Assembly (NCBI GenBank): GCA_963618265.1
Contig: CAVESB010000004.1
Span: forward strand, 813-64,812
Direction: 5' to 3'
Length of the DNA stretch: 64,000 nt
Source of the DNA: a bacterium
Lineage (GTDB): Bacteria > Chloroflexota > Anaerolineae > Anaerolineales > Anaerolineaceae
Both the position numbers and the translations under genes were made by a program. This document shows, one piece after another, positions 1-9,830 of the stretch. Numbering within the stretch: position 1 is the stretch's first letter; each line of letters opens with the position of its first letter. The notes below the pieces were generated by a model that saw only the letters and a program-made list of their open reading frames with translations, ran no database searches and was not told the DNA's origin.

Positions 1-1
1 T

Positions 2-949
2 TCGTCTGTAATCGACTCGATAAAATCATCAAAGACTGTCCCAACATCTACCCCGCGGGCTGCCGCCGCTGTGAACTATGATTTGGTCAATTCTTCTGCG
101 GTGCCTCGAACAAAAGCTACAGCGGCGGAAACAGCCGCCGCGAACGCTTCCGCGCAAAATTCATCGCATAACAGCACAAAAACTACAGAACCTAAATTCA
201 CTTTTTTCGGCAAGCGCATTGAATACATTGCAATCGGAATGGGAAAACAATTTCAGCTTGCCTATTCGATGCCGACCGGTTATGTAATCAAATATAATGA
301 TAACGGCGTCATTAAAACGAAATGGGAAAATGACGGCTATTATATCACCGGGATGAATCCCGGTGCTTCAGCTGTAGCTATCTTTGATCGGGAAGGAAAC
401 GGAGCAGCGCTCTGCCGGATAAGTGTTCAAGAAGGAATGGATTTTTTTTTGATAGTCGCGGAAGCCGGGACGAAGAAATCGAAAGACGTATTATATATTA
501 CACAGTCAATGACGATCGACGTCGATGAATTTGTGGAGATAGGCTCTCTAATACCGGCTGAAGGTATCCTCTTTCTCGAAGATACGGACATATTCGACTT
601 GTACTTTTCAAAAATCGATAATCGGGTGAAAATTCATGGACTCAAAGAAGGCAGGTCATACTTCGCTGTGTATAACAGTGCCGGGGAAATGGTTGGTGAA
701 TACAGAGTTAAGGTCCGCTCGCCCCGTTCTACTGATTCCGAGACGCAGCCCACCAAAAGCAACAGCACCGTCACCTACAGCTTTACTGACGTAACTCCCA
801 ACCCCGCGGATGTCCCATACAAATCCGGCGGGTATACGGCGGCCGAATTGAAAGCGATGGGATTCAGAGAACGCGTCAATTCCGACGGTACGCGGTCTTA
901 TCCGGGGTTTTATCAGGCACCGAACGGGAATTACTTCCCTGTCAATTGA
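2..949 (+). CDS. C-terminal part of a larger secreted/surface protein (5' end outside window) with two Ig-like beta-rich repeats
   Basis: Frame 2 is open from the window edge to TGA 947-949. The track ORF 71..949 is only its GTG-initiated tail. Ala/Ser/Thr-rich linkers (TKATAAETAAANASAQNSS; STDSETQPTKSNST) flank two roughly 90-aa beta-rich repeats that resemble bacterial Ig-like (Big_2-type) domains. The fold call is by eye only. Confidence 0.5.
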   Translation, partial: SSVIDSIKSSKTVPTSTPRAAAAVNYDLVNSSAVPRTKATAAETAAANASAQNSSHNSTKTTEPKFTFFGKRIEYIAIGMGKQFQLAYSMPTGYVIKYNDNGVIKTKWENDGYYITGMNPGASAVAIFDREGNGAALCRISVQEGMDFFLIVAEAGTKKSKDVLYITQSMTIDVDEFVEIGSLIPAEGILFLEDTDIFDLYFSKIDNRVKIHGLKEGRSYFAVYNSAGEMVGEYRVKVRSPRSTDSETQPTKSNSTVTYSFTDVTPNPADVPYKSGGYTAAELKAMGFRERVNSDGTRSYPGFYQAPNGNYFPVN

Positions 950-1399
950 TTACGTCAGCAGATTCGTGCCGCTGCGGTTGTTGTAATCAAAAATTGTCAC
1001 ATAGAGGCTGTCCCCTTTGCGGTCGGGAGCGGTGACGATGCCGTTTTTGTTATAGAATCGTGCTGCTTTGATGTCCTCAATGTCCTCATCGGACAGCACC
1101 GTGAGGAGATACAGCACGCTGATATAAGCCAGGATGAACTCCTCGTAACGGGCGCCGGGTCGTTCGAACAGGCCGCGGGCGAGGTTTGTATCAATGGTGG
1201 TTGTGTACGCGGTTCCGGAGTCGTTTGGTACCATCTTGATGACGGTATGCTCGGCGCGGATGAGGTTAAAGCACTCACCGGTGGCGGGATTCATTCGCAT
1301 CCCGGCTTCTTTCACGCGCATGTTGAAATTTTGCAGGTTTCCGCAAATCATTTGAATGACCGGATTCATGCCGAGATCCATTACTTTTTTGTCAGACAT
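950..1399 (-). CDS. hypothetical protein (149 aa)
   Basis: An internal ATG at 1399 is preceded by a strong RBS (minus strand AAGGAGAAGAAAA-ATG). The longer track ORF (to 1480) starts at TTG without an RBS. No motif recognised. It is the last gene of the helicase/nuclease operon. Confidence 0.55.
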   Translation of the reverse strand: MSDKKVMDLGMNPVIQMICGNLQNFNMRVKEAGMRMNPATGECFNLIRAEHTVIKMVPNDSGTAYTTTIDTNLARGLFERPGARYEEFILAYISVLYLLTVLSDEDIEDIKAARFYNKNGIVTAPDRKGDSLYVTIFDYNNRSGTNLLT

Positions 1400-1476
1400 T
1401 TTTCTTCTCCTTTGCAAACAATCTCCGATAGCGAAACATAATTCTGAACATCGGGTGCAATTCTGCCCCCTCAAAA

Positions 1477-2289
1477 TCAAAACACAACTTCCTGACTTTC
1501 ATCCGGCTGCGGCAGGTCGGGGAAGTCGAAGGCGGATTGGAACGCCTCCCCGAAAGGATCTTCCTCCGGCTCCTCGGTTTTTTGCGGCAATTCCCGGCCG
1601 CAATAGGTGCGGTAGGGGCAATCAGCGCATTGCGCCGCGTCGTCCGCCATGGGATAGGCAGCCTCATTCTCAGCGGACATGGCGCGGGCTTTATCGTTGA
1701 GGTACGAAATCTCCTGTAGGTACGCTTTTTCCGAATAGGGCAGCTCGACCGGGGTGTCGGGATGGGCGGGAAACCAGTAGATCATCTCAACGTCCTCCGC
1801 CGGGATTTCCTCACGCCGTCCGAGAAGGCGTCCGCCGCAGCGTTTGGCGATGAAGCGGTAGAGATGAGTCTGCGGGGAATCCAGGCAGACGGCGTGCGGG
1901 GTCAATCTCGCGGATGTTTTCCAGTCGAAAATCAGCAGTTTGTCTCCGCGGAAGGCGATGACGTCAAAGATCCCTTCCCAGAGTACGCCCGCATGCAGGA
2001 CGGTGAGCTTTTTTTCCGTGTAAATCGGGGCGCAGTTCGCCGTCGGATTGCTGCGCAGGAATGAATCGAGCAGCTCACGCTCTTTGTCATCAACGCAGGC
2101 GGCTCGGACGCGGGACTCCGGGAAGCCGAGCAGCAGTTGTTTGACCATGGTATGAAAGTGTGAGCCGGTGTCCGTTTTGAAATTCCGGGCATTGGTCGAA
2201 GGCCAGACGAGCTGCCGCACATACTTCAGATAGTATGCGCGCGGGCAGGCCTGATATAAGCGGATTCGGCTTTGTGTGATTGTCAGCAT
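1477..2289 (-). CDS. PD-(D/E)XK nuclease, Cas4/AddB-nuclease-like, with 4-Cys Fe-S cluster signature
   Basis: 270 aa. Motifs seen: N-terminal Cys (YQACPRAYY), D (GIFDVIAF), DxK (LIFDWKTS), QxxxY (QTHLY) and C-terminal CxxCx5C (CADCPYRTYC). The start overlaps the stop of the upstream helicase gene by 7 nt. Confidence 0.8.
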   Translation of the reverse strand: MLTITQSRIRLYQACPRAYYLKYVRQLVWPSTNARNFKTDTGSHFHTMVKQLLLGFPESRVRAACVDDKERELLDSFLRSNPTANCAPIYTEKKLTVLHAGVLWEGIFDVIAFRGDKLLIFDWKTSARLTPHAVCLDSPQTHLYRFIAKRCGGRLLGRREEIPAEDVEMIYWFPAHPDTPVELPYSEKAYLQEISYLNDKARAMSAENEAAYPMADDAAQCADCPYRTYCGRELPQKTEEPEEDPFGEAFQSAFDFPDLPQPDESQEVVF

Positions 2290-4571
2290 GGCGTCTCCTT
2301 ATGCGGGCGGTTTTCCCAAACCTCCCGGAGATAACGGATGGACGTGGGTTCGGTTTGCGACTGATAGCAGCCGTTGCTGAATGAAATATGCAGACCTTTT
2401 TTAGCGCGGGTGATGCCGACATAAAGCAGGCGCAGCCGTTCGCGGACGTTATTCAGCCAGGCTTGCTTGGTTCCGTCTCCGCAGTTGTAAACCGGATACT
2501 CGTCCGGGAAAGCGACCGTTTTCAACGCCTGCAGTGCCTCTGCCTGCAGGTTCAGCTTTTCACGCACGTACCCCGGAACGGCAGAGTGGCGGCTGTATTC
2601 CTGCGGACTTCCGTTGGGGAAGTCGAAGTTGTTGCAGCTGGTCAGGTAGACCTGATCCCATTCCAAGCCTTTGGACTTGTGGAATGTGGTGACGACGATT
2701 TTCCCCGGATAGGAATTCGGGTTAAATTGGGTGTCTGAGCCCATGCCGAAACTCAGACTGCCCTCCTTGACGGCCTTCTTGATCTCTGCTGCGGCGGAAT
2801 CCAGATTCATGGTGGGATTCAGGCGGGCAGTGCGGGCGAGCAGACCGCCCAGCAGACTCGCGGTGCAGAGATCGTCCGGGTTGGTGAAAAGATCCTGCGC
2901 AATGAGAAGCACAAGCTGATCGTAGGGCAGGAAACGCGCGTCAAGCCAACGGCGCAGCAGTCCGCGGAAGCGCATCAGGATCTGGAGCAGAAATTCATCC
3001 GTGTCTTTCAATTCGGGAAGGTCGTTGAGCAGTGCTGTTTGAGCCGGATAGAAGAATTCCTCCGGATGACGGAACTTGCTCAGCAGATCCTTAATCCTTT
3101 TGCTGTCCTCGGAGTCAATGAAAAATTCCCCCTTCGCTGATTCGTTATAGATGAAGTCGAACAGGCTCAGCATCCGTTCATTGTGTAACGGCATGGATAT
3201 CCACTCGAGCACCTTGGTGATGACATCCGCGGCGGCGCGGGCTTTTCTGGTGCTGCGCAGCACTTCAATGACTTCCACCGGATAATTCGCCAGTCGGTCG
3301 ACGAACTGTTTGCCGAAATCATTGCCGGGCACCAGAATGACGATCGTCTCCGAGGGATGTTCCGCAGCGTGTTGGCAAGCTGCGGTGCAGATTACGCCGA
3401 TTTCGTTATCCGTGGAGTAAAGGCGCGGGTCGTAGTGAACACGCGAAGGATCGTCTGTCGGGTTTTTCTGGCTGTCGTCTTTGGCGGTCATTCGCACATA
3501 AGTCGGTGAAAACGCGTCACGGCAGAGCGTGTTGGGATGCTCGTTCACGACCCAGTTGACGAGATGATTGGCCTGAACCAGAATACTGCGGGCACTGCGA
3601 CCGGCTGCATCCATGGTGACGGATGTTTTGGCGGTATGCATGAAGTTCCGCAGGTATTTCGGGTCGGCGGTGGTAAATGTCTCGTTAATCGCCTGATTTG
3701 GGTCGCCGACGCGAACCCAGTTGCCGCTGCGTGCGGTCAGCATTTTGAGAACCTCTTCCTGAATCAGGGAGCTGTCCTGCGCCTCATCTTCAAGGATGTA
3801 AGGCCAGCGAATTTGCAGATGCGCAAGGTAGCCGGGATCGGTGGAGAGAAGGCGGTGCGCGTAGAACATCAGGTCGGCAAAGTCAACGGCGGGGTAGTTG
3901 CGCAGGCGGCTTTGATATTGCGCGTAGACGTTGCAGACTGCCGTGAGCAGTGTTTTCGCGAAGGGATCGTTGACGCGGTCAAGCCGTTCACGCAGCTCTT
4001 CCGGGGTGATGTGGTAATCTTTGGCTTGCGAAATGACGTTCTTGCAGAGCTTCCGGATATTCTCGGTCCAGTTCTCCTTGTATTTTTTGTCTTGAGCCTC
4101 CGGCGTCATGCCCGGTTCGACGATGGCATCAAAAGTGTCGCGAATATCGTCCTCTTGCCAGAGACGAACCGCTTCATTGAGTATGGCGTCGGCGCTGAGG
4201 TCGTCAAGCACTTCAAAGTCGTCCGCGATGCCCAACTGCTGCGTATGTCCGCGGATGATCTCAAGCGCCATGGAGTGCAGGGTGCAGACTTTGTACCCGA
4301 CACCCGGGATAAGTCCGTTGTCCGCGAGAATTGCGCCGATGCGGGCGGCGAAGTTCGCGGCGGCGGCGTTGGAGAAGGTCACAATCAGCACTTCGCGTTC
4401 GGTGCCGGTTTCTGCATCAACATTGCCTTCCGCGAGCAGTTGTTCAACCAGCTTGGCGGCAAGCGCGGAGAGTGTGAAGGTTTTTCCACTGCCGGGAACT
4501 GCGGAGACCGCCATCGTCCCGCCGGTGTAGTCATAGACTTGCTGCTGTTTTTCGCGGAGTTTGAAATTCAT
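2283..4571 (-). CDS. UvrD/PcrA-family SF1 DNA helicase (AddA-like, no nuclease domain)
   Basis: 762 aa. Walker A AVPGSGKTF, DEAQ box ILEDEAQDSS, motif III VGDPNQAI, TFHKSKGLEWDQVYL and LLYVGITRAKKGL. ATGA-type overlap with the upstream gene at 4568-4571. Confidence 0.85.
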   Translation of the reverse strand: MNFKLREKQQQVYDYTGGTMAVSAVPGSGKTFTLSALAAKLVEQLLAEGNVDAETGTEREVLIVTFSNAAAANFAARIGAILADNGLIPGVGYKVCTLHSMALEIIRGHTQQLGIADDFEVLDDLSADAILNEAVRLWQEDDIRDTFDAIVEPGMTPEAQDKKYKENWTENIRKLCKNVISQAKDYHITPEELRERLDRVNDPFAKTLLTAVCNVYAQYQSRLRNYPAVDFADLMFYAHRLLSTDPGYLAHLQIRWPYILEDEAQDSSLIQEEVLKMLTARSGNWVRVGDPNQAINETFTTADPKYLRNFMHTAKTSVTMDAAGRSARSILVQANHLVNWVVNEHPNTLCRDAFSPTYVRMTAKDDSQKNPTDDPSRVHYDPRLYSTDNEIGVICTAACQHAAEHPSETIVILVPGNDFGKQFVDRLANYPVEVIEVLRSTRKARAAADVITKVLEWISMPLHNERMLSLFDFIYNESAKGEFFIDSEDSKRIKDLLSKFRHPEEFFYPAQTALLNDLPELKDTDEFLLQILMRFRGLLRRWLDARFLPYDQLVLLIAQDLFTNPDDLCTASLLGGLLARTARLNPTMNLDSAAAEIKKAVKEGSLSFGMGSDTQFNPNSYPGKIVVTTFHKSKGLEWDQVYLTSCNNFDFPNGSPQEYSRHSAVPGYVREKLNLQAEALQALKTVAFPDEYPVYNCGDGTKQAWLNNVRERLRLLYVGITRAKKGLHISFSNGCYQSQTEPTSIRYLREVWENRPHKETPC

Positions 4572-6838
4572 TCCGCCTCCCCGTTGTCGTTCAGATCCCA
4601 GTCAATGATGACACCCGAGCGGCGCAGCTGTACATCAAGCGAAGGCTCGTCGCTGTAACCGGGGTATACCGCCTCTTCCTCGCGCAGCATCAGCGGCGGA
4701 TTAACCTCGGGGGCAGGCTCGGAGGGCTTCTCCGCTTTAAAGCGGCGCACGAGCGTGGCAAAGGTCGTCAGCAGTTTGGAGCGCTGTTCCATGCCGGATT
4801 CGCTGCGGTCGGAGGCGTAAACGCGCACCTGTTTCCGACAGCGGCAGAGCAGCCCGCGGATCTGCGAATTCATGTGAGCGTCATTGTATTCTGAGGCGGT
4901 GAGTACATCCCATTTTCGCTCGGACTGCCAGCGTTGGGAGAGGACAATGTCATTCGTCAGCTCGCCGTAGAAGCGTTCCCACCAGCGCGGAGAGCCGGCG
5001 TTCAACCAGATCTGATAAGTAACAGGTCGGTTCATCGGCAGGTAGGCGGAGGTGAGCGAAACAAGAATGCTGTCCTGCGGCTGGGCGTAAACTTCTTCGT
5101 AGTATTGCGCGGAAACCATGCCGAGACCGATGAGAGCGAAATAGTCGCTCCAATCGGGAAGCTGATCCGTTGTGTCGGGAGCGCGTCCCGCGATGTAATC
5201 CAGGACGACGCGGAACTTCTCCATGGAGTCGGCGGCTTTGCGGACGCCGAGATTGATCTCTTCCGAGTGTTTGAAGCCTTCGCGTGTCAGCACCTCATTA
5301 AAGAAGTGGGTGATGATGATTTCCGGGGAGTTATCGGTTTGGAGCCGGCACTGCTCAATCCAGCGGCGCAAAACCTCGAAGCGTTCCGCGATCTCCGCCG
5401 GTATTCGCGCACGAGCCTCGTCGGAAAAGCTCGCGAAAGGTTTGATGTCGTATTCATCCACATGCGGGGCGTGTTTTGCGCGGGGGCGGAAGGCGCGGCT
5501 GACGAGCAGATTGCCGCGCATCGGGTCGAGCCCTTCGATGAAGGTCTGCATCATTTGAACAATGTCGAGCAGGCGCACACTGATGCCGCCGACAGGCATG
5601 ACCAGTTCACAGAGGGTCAGCAGAGCGCGGGTGACGGATTCGTTGATCAGCGGACGGGAGGGACGGCGCAGATAGACCTTGATCCCGTGATCCCGAAATT
5701 CGCGCTCCATTGAGGTGTAAAGCACATCACTGACGAGCGGCGCCAGAATGACGATCTCGCTTGGCGGTACGCCTTTGATGTTGACCAGCTCGACGGTGTC
5801 GCTGACAGCTTTTTTGATCATTTCCGGGTAGGTCGCGGAGGCGGAAAAGCTGAAAGCGGAACGCGGACCGGGGGCAAAATCTGCATTCGCGGGTGTCGGG
5901 TCGGCAATCACCCGCTTCAGAGTGCTGATGGGGGGAGAGCAGACGAAGGATGCGTTCATCTCTACGCTTTCCGAACAGAGTGCGCTCAATTCGCCTGCGG
6001 AGATCGGGTCGCAGCCCATGAAATTGCGGTATCCGCCGTCGGTGTCGCTGATGAGCAGCAGGGAACGGAAGGAGTCCGCCAGTTCGCGGATGATGCGGTG
6101 CGCCGCGGGGACTTCTTCCTCAGTGTTGTCGAATATGACGTGGAAGTGCTGTCCCCTGACCCATTTGCGGAACAGCGGGTTGGGGAGCAGCCGTTTAATG
6201 AAGAGCTCTGTCTGTAAGGAATAATCGAGCAGGTCGTTTTTGAGGCAGACCTCACGGAACAGTTTGCCACATTCCAGCGCCTGTTGAAAGACAGGCAGGA
6301 GCGCGGGGTCGCCGCCCCAGGTGCCGCTCAGGGTTTCCGCGTATTTCTCGTAAGGGATTTCCGCCGCGGCGCATTTGTGCATCCCCACGAGAACCTGGTT
6401 GAAAACGCGGCTCTGCGAGGAAGCGAGGGCGGAGAAGTATCCGTCATCCATGCGTTCGCGAATCAGCTTCGCCATGATGATCTGCGCGGACTCAATGGTC
6501 AGGAACATCGGGTATTCGTTCGGATGCCCGGTGCCGGCTTTGTCGGAGATGATCGGCCAGAAGAGTTTCAGACAGCGTTGCGTGAAGCTGTTGCAGCTGG
6601 TCACAGCGGGCTGAATTCCGTCCGCTGAAATGATATCTTCATAAGCGGCGGAATAAGCACGCCCCGGCGTGAAGATCATCAGCTCCGGCCATTGTATGTC
6701 GTGCTCAAGAATATACCGCGCACGAAGTGCCGCCGCAGTGGACTTGCCGCAACCGGCATACCCGGTCAGGCTGATGCGGGCGTCAAGCGGCGCTTCAATG
6801 ATCTGCCGCTGCAGCGGGGTCGGGACAACTTCACGCAA
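4568..6838 (-). CDS. degenerate UvrD-like P-loop protein (AddB/AdnA-like subunit lacking a nuclease domain)
   Basis: 756 aa. UvrD-like N-terminus (PLQRQII, Walker A GYAGCGKST). The Walker B position reads VIFDNTEEE and motif III is degenerate (GGYRNFMGCDP). No PD-(D/E)XK motifs seen. Confidence 0.7.
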   Translation of the reverse strand: MREVVPTPLQRQIIEAPLDARISLTGYAGCGKSTAAALRARYILEHDIQWPELMIFTPGRAYSAAYEDIISADGIQPAVTSCNSFTQRCLKLFWPIISDKAGTGHPNEYPMFLTIESAQIIMAKLIRERMDDGYFSALASSQSRVFNQVLVGMHKCAAAEIPYEKYAETLSGTWGGDPALLPVFQQALECGKLFREVCLKNDLLDYSLQTELFIKRLLPNPLFRKWVRGQHFHVIFDNTEEEVPAAHRIIRELADSFRSLLLISDTDGGYRNFMGCDPISAGELSALCSESVEMNASFVCSPPISTLKRVIADPTPANADFAPGPRSAFSFSASATYPEMIKKAVSDTVELVNIKGVPPSEIVILAPLVSDVLYTSMEREFRDHGIKVYLRRPSRPLINESVTRALLTLCELVMPVGGISVRLLDIVQMMQTFIEGLDPMRGNLLVSRAFRPRAKHAPHVDEYDIKPFASFSDEARARIPAEIAERFEVLRRWIEQCRLQTDNSPEIIITHFFNEVLTREGFKHSEEINLGVRKAADSMEKFRVVLDYIAGRAPDTTDQLPDWSDYFALIGLGMVSAQYYEEVYAQPQDSILVSLTSAYLPMNRPVTYQIWLNAGSPRWWERFYGELTNDIVLSQRWQSERKWDVLTASEYNDAHMNSQIRGLLCRCRKQVRVYASDRSESGMEQRSKLLTTFATLVRRFKAEKPSEPAPEVNPPLMLREEEAVYPGYSDEPSLDVQLRRSGVIIDWDLNDNGEAE

Positions 6839-6841
6839 TGA

Positions 6842-8545
6842 TTACGCTCCCCAGGAGACAAAGTCCGCCAGGTTGGAGCCTCCGATAAATTCGGCGAGAA
6901 TGGAGTTCGCCGGAACCAGAGAAAGATCCAGCGGCTTGACCCATTCCAACAGCGTAAGCAGGCGTTTTGCGTCGCTGTATTCATCCGAGCCCCAGGGAAC
7001 CATGCGCAGGGCGGGCTCAGCAGAGCTTTTCAACGCGGAGAGCTCATAGACCAGCGAGGTGTTGATGAACATATCCGCTGTGTCCTGATAAGGGATGATG
7101 TATTTGTCTTCCCCGTTGCGGACGGATTCCCAGCGGGCAATTGTCGCCTCCGCACTGTATCCGCGGTCGCGGAAATCGCGCACGATGCGGCGGATCAGGC
7201 GAACATCGGTGATGGAAACGCGGTTATAGTGATCCATGTTGACCTGTGTCATCGGAGAAATGAAGATGCGGTAAATTTGTTCCTCAGGCAGGCCCTCTGT
7301 CATGATCGGGTTCAGTCCGTGAATGCCTTCCACGATAAGGATTTGGTTCTCTTTCAGTTGGAGCACATTCCCGAGTTCCGGTATGCCTTTCTTGAAATTG
7401 TAGCGCGGCATCTGCACTTCCTCGCCTTTCATCAGACGGCTCATGCAGTCCATAAACAGCCGGATGTTCAGCGCTTTCACATCCTCAAAGTCATAATTGC
7501 CTTGTTCATCGCGGGGATAAAGCTCCCGCGGCAGGAAAAAATCATCCATTGCGACCGGAATCGGGGAAATGCCGTGCGCCAGCAGCTCAATCGAGAGCCG
7601 TTTGGATGAAGTGGTCTTCCCGGAGGAGGATGGTCCCGCGATCATGACCATGCGGACTTTCGGACGGGAGACAATGGCTTCCGCGGCGCGCATGAATTCA
7701 CGGTTCTGCAGGGATTCGGAAACGAGGATGACATTCTCAATGCGCTTTTCTTCAATCGCATGGTTGATCGAGCTGATTGTGTCGATATCGAGGCGCTTCT
7801 GCCAATTGTTGTACTCGGCAAAAATCGGCTGCAGACGCTTGTATTTGGTCAGCGGTTTGATCTCCGGTGAGGTGCCGTGACGCGGGAAGCGCAGCAGGAA
7901 CTGGTTCTTTTCACCGGCTTTTTCAAGCCTGAAATATTTCAGGTAACCCGATGAGGGCAGCATGTAACCGTAGAAGTAGTTTCGGAAATCTCCCATGGTA
8001 TAGGTGACGAGATAGTCCTTCTTGCGGTAGCTCAGCAGGTCGAGCTTATCCTGCTGTCCCTTGCGGCGGAAGATTTCCCGCGCTTCTTCGATCGGGATCT
8101 CTTCACGGATGATGGGCAGATTTTGCTTGACCGCGGTGCGCATTTCGGCTTCCAATGCTTCGCGATCCTTATCCGTGAACTCGCCGCCGCTGACTGTGCA
8201 GAGCGTGCCGCCGCCGTTGATGGAATGTTTCACTTCCAGCTGCATGGAGGGGAAGAGCTTTTCGAAGCAGGCGGCGGTCAGAAAGCCCAGGGAGCGTTTG
8301 TAGATCACCATGCCGTCCTTGCCGGCCATGGTGATGGGGCGGATAACGGCATCATGCAGAAGCTTGTATCCGAGTTCGCGCAGCTCGCCGTTGACCATCG
8401 CCGCCATCAGATCGGCGGGAAGCTCATCAAGGATCAGGGACAGAAAGTTCTCAACAGTCGCGCCGCGGGGTCCTTCAATTTTACGGCCGTCGGGGAGTTC
8501 CACGTACACAAAGTCTTTATTCTTGATAAAATGAATACCGTTCAT
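6842..8545 (-). CDS. TGS-domain / uridine-kinase-like nucleoside kinase
   Basis: 567 aa. N-terminal TGS/ThrRS-N-like region (VELPDGRKIEGPRGATVENF). C-terminal Udk-type P-loop (MIAGPSSSGKTTSSKRL, DDFF). RBS GAGGA lies upstream of ATG 8545. Only 3 nt separate it from the next gene. Confidence 0.75.
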   Translation of the reverse strand: MNGIHFIKNKDFVYVELPDGRKIEGPRGATVENFLSLILDELPADLMAAMVNGELRELGYKLLHDAVIRPITMAGKDGMVIYKRSLGFLTAACFEKLFPSMQLEVKHSINGGGTLCTVSGGEFTDKDREALEAEMRTAVKQNLPIIREEIPIEEAREIFRRKGQQDKLDLLSYRKKDYLVTYTMGDFRNYFYGYMLPSSGYLKYFRLEKAGEKNQFLLRFPRHGTSPEIKPLTKYKRLQPIFAEYNNWQKRLDIDTISSINHAIEEKRIENVILVSESLQNREFMRAAEAIVSRPKVRMVMIAGPSSSGKTTSSKRLSIELLAHGISPIPVAMDDFFLPRELYPRDEQGNYDFEDVKALNIRLFMDCMSRLMKGEEVQMPRYNFKKGIPELGNVLQLKENQILIVEGIHGLNPIMTEGLPEEQIYRIFISPMTQVNMDHYNRVSITDVRLIRRIVRDFRDRGYSAEATIARWESVRNGEDKYIIPYQDTADMFINTSLVYELSALKSSAEPALRMVPWGSDEYSDAKRLLTLLEWVKPLDLSLVPANSILAEFIGGSNLADFVSWGA

Positions 8546-8561
8546 TGTTTATCCTCACTCA

Positions 8562-9830
8562 TCAACCGTCAACCGTCAATACGCCGTTGATCGGCGCACC
8601 GACCTTGACCGTCTCGATTTTATTCCGTATCGGTTGCGGGAAAATCTTCCGCAGGGTCAGATAATTCCCGGTCAGACCGTGTGTTTCGTATCCGCCTTCC
8701 GGCAGCGGCGTTGAAGACTCCCACAGCACCTGCTGTCTGCTGCCGATGAATGAACGGGCGAAGATTTCCGCCTGCCGCGCAAACTCATCCCGAAGCTGCT
8801 TGGCGCGTTCCTTCTGTACTGCTTTGGGAATCTGCCCTGTCATCCGTGCGGCGGCGGTGCCGGGGCGCGGGGAGTAGGGGAAGACATGCCCGCCCGCGAA
8901 GCGCAGGGAGCGGATGAAGTCCAGCGTCTGCGCGAATTCGTCATCCGTCTCACCCGGGAAGCCTGCGATCACATCCGTCGTGACGGCGAAGTCCGGGTTG
9001 ATTGCCATGGCGGCGTTGACCAGGCGGCGGAACTCCTCCGGCGTGGTGCGGCGCGCCATACGGTGCAGGACGGACGGGGATCCCGACTGAAGCGGCAGAT
9101 GAAAGTGCGCACACATGCGCGGGTTCTCCCACAGGCGCAGGAAGCGCTCGGAGAGGTTCCATGACTCTAATGAAGAAAGACGGATCCGCGGAATGTCTGT
9201 CTCGTTCAGCAGGAATTCAATCAGATCTGCCAGTTCCTGCGCCGGTTCGAGGTCAAGCCCCCAGGCGCCGAGATTGACACCGGTGAGGACGATCTCCTTT
9301 CCGCCGGCGTTGATTGCCGCCCGGGTATCCTTCAGAATTCGGCTCTTATCCACGCTGCGCGCTTTGCCGCGCACGATGTGCGTGACGCAGAAAGTGCAAT
9401 GGTTGTCGCAGCCGTCCTGAACCTTAATGAAAGCGCGGGTGCGGGCGTGGATGCCGGGAAGCGTAACCCGTTTCAGCGGCTCAAGGTCAAAATCCTCCGG
9501 TGCGCCGCCCAATGTCAGCGCGGTGAGGTCGTCTTTCTCTTCGTTCGCTACGACCAACTTCACCCCGTCCATGGCGGCGGCGATTTGCGGCTCCATGGTG
9601 CTCCAACAGCCGGTGACGACGACCTGCGCACCGTTCTTCGCCGCGGAGCGAATCTTGCCGCGTGAATCCGAAGCGGCGGCGGCAGTGACGGAACAGGTGT
9701 TGACGACGACCAGATCCGCAGATTCCGCATCGCCGACGAGTTCATGTCCGCGGGCGAGGAACTGCGCGGCATAGCGTTCGATTTCCGCCTGGTTCAGGCG
9801 GCAGCCGATCGTGTCGAAAAATACTTTCAT
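8562..9830 (-). CDS. mtaB: MiaB-family radical-SAM tRNA methylthiotransferase (MtaB-like)
   Basis: 422 aa. N-terminal three-Cys domain (FDTIGCRLN, VVNTCSVT, VTGCW) plus radical-SAM CDNHCTFC. The subgroup assignment (MtaB rather than MiaB/RimO) is by N-terminal pattern only. Confidence 0.7.
   Translation of the reverse strand: MKVFFDTIGCRLNQAEIERYAAQFLARGHELVGDAESADLVVVNTCSVTAAAASDSRGKIRSAAKNGAQVVVTGCWSTMEPQIAAAMDGVKLVVANEEKDDLTALTLGGAPEDFDLEPLKRVTLPGIHARTRAFIKVQDGCDNHCTFCVTHIVRGKARSVDKSRILKDTRAAINAGGKEIVLTGVNLGAWGLDLEPAQELADLIEFLLNETDIPRIRLSSLESWNLSERFLRLWENPRMCAHFHLPLQSGSPSVLHRMARRTTPEEFRRLVNAAMAINPDFAVTTDVIAGFPGETDDEFAQTLDFIRSLRFAGGHVFPYSPRPGTAAARMTGQIPKAVQKERAKQLRDEFARQAEIFARSFIGSRQQVLWESSTPLPEGGYETHGLTGNYLTLRKIFPQPIRNKIETVKVGAPINGVLTVDG

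Noticed and set aside
1400-1480. TTG-initiated 27-aa N-terminal extension of the small ORF, overlapping the nuclease stop codon.
   Set aside because: There is no RBS, and the extension has an unusual Cys/Arg-rich composition. A strong AAGGAG-type RBS precedes the internal ATG at 1399. It is kept only as an alternative start.
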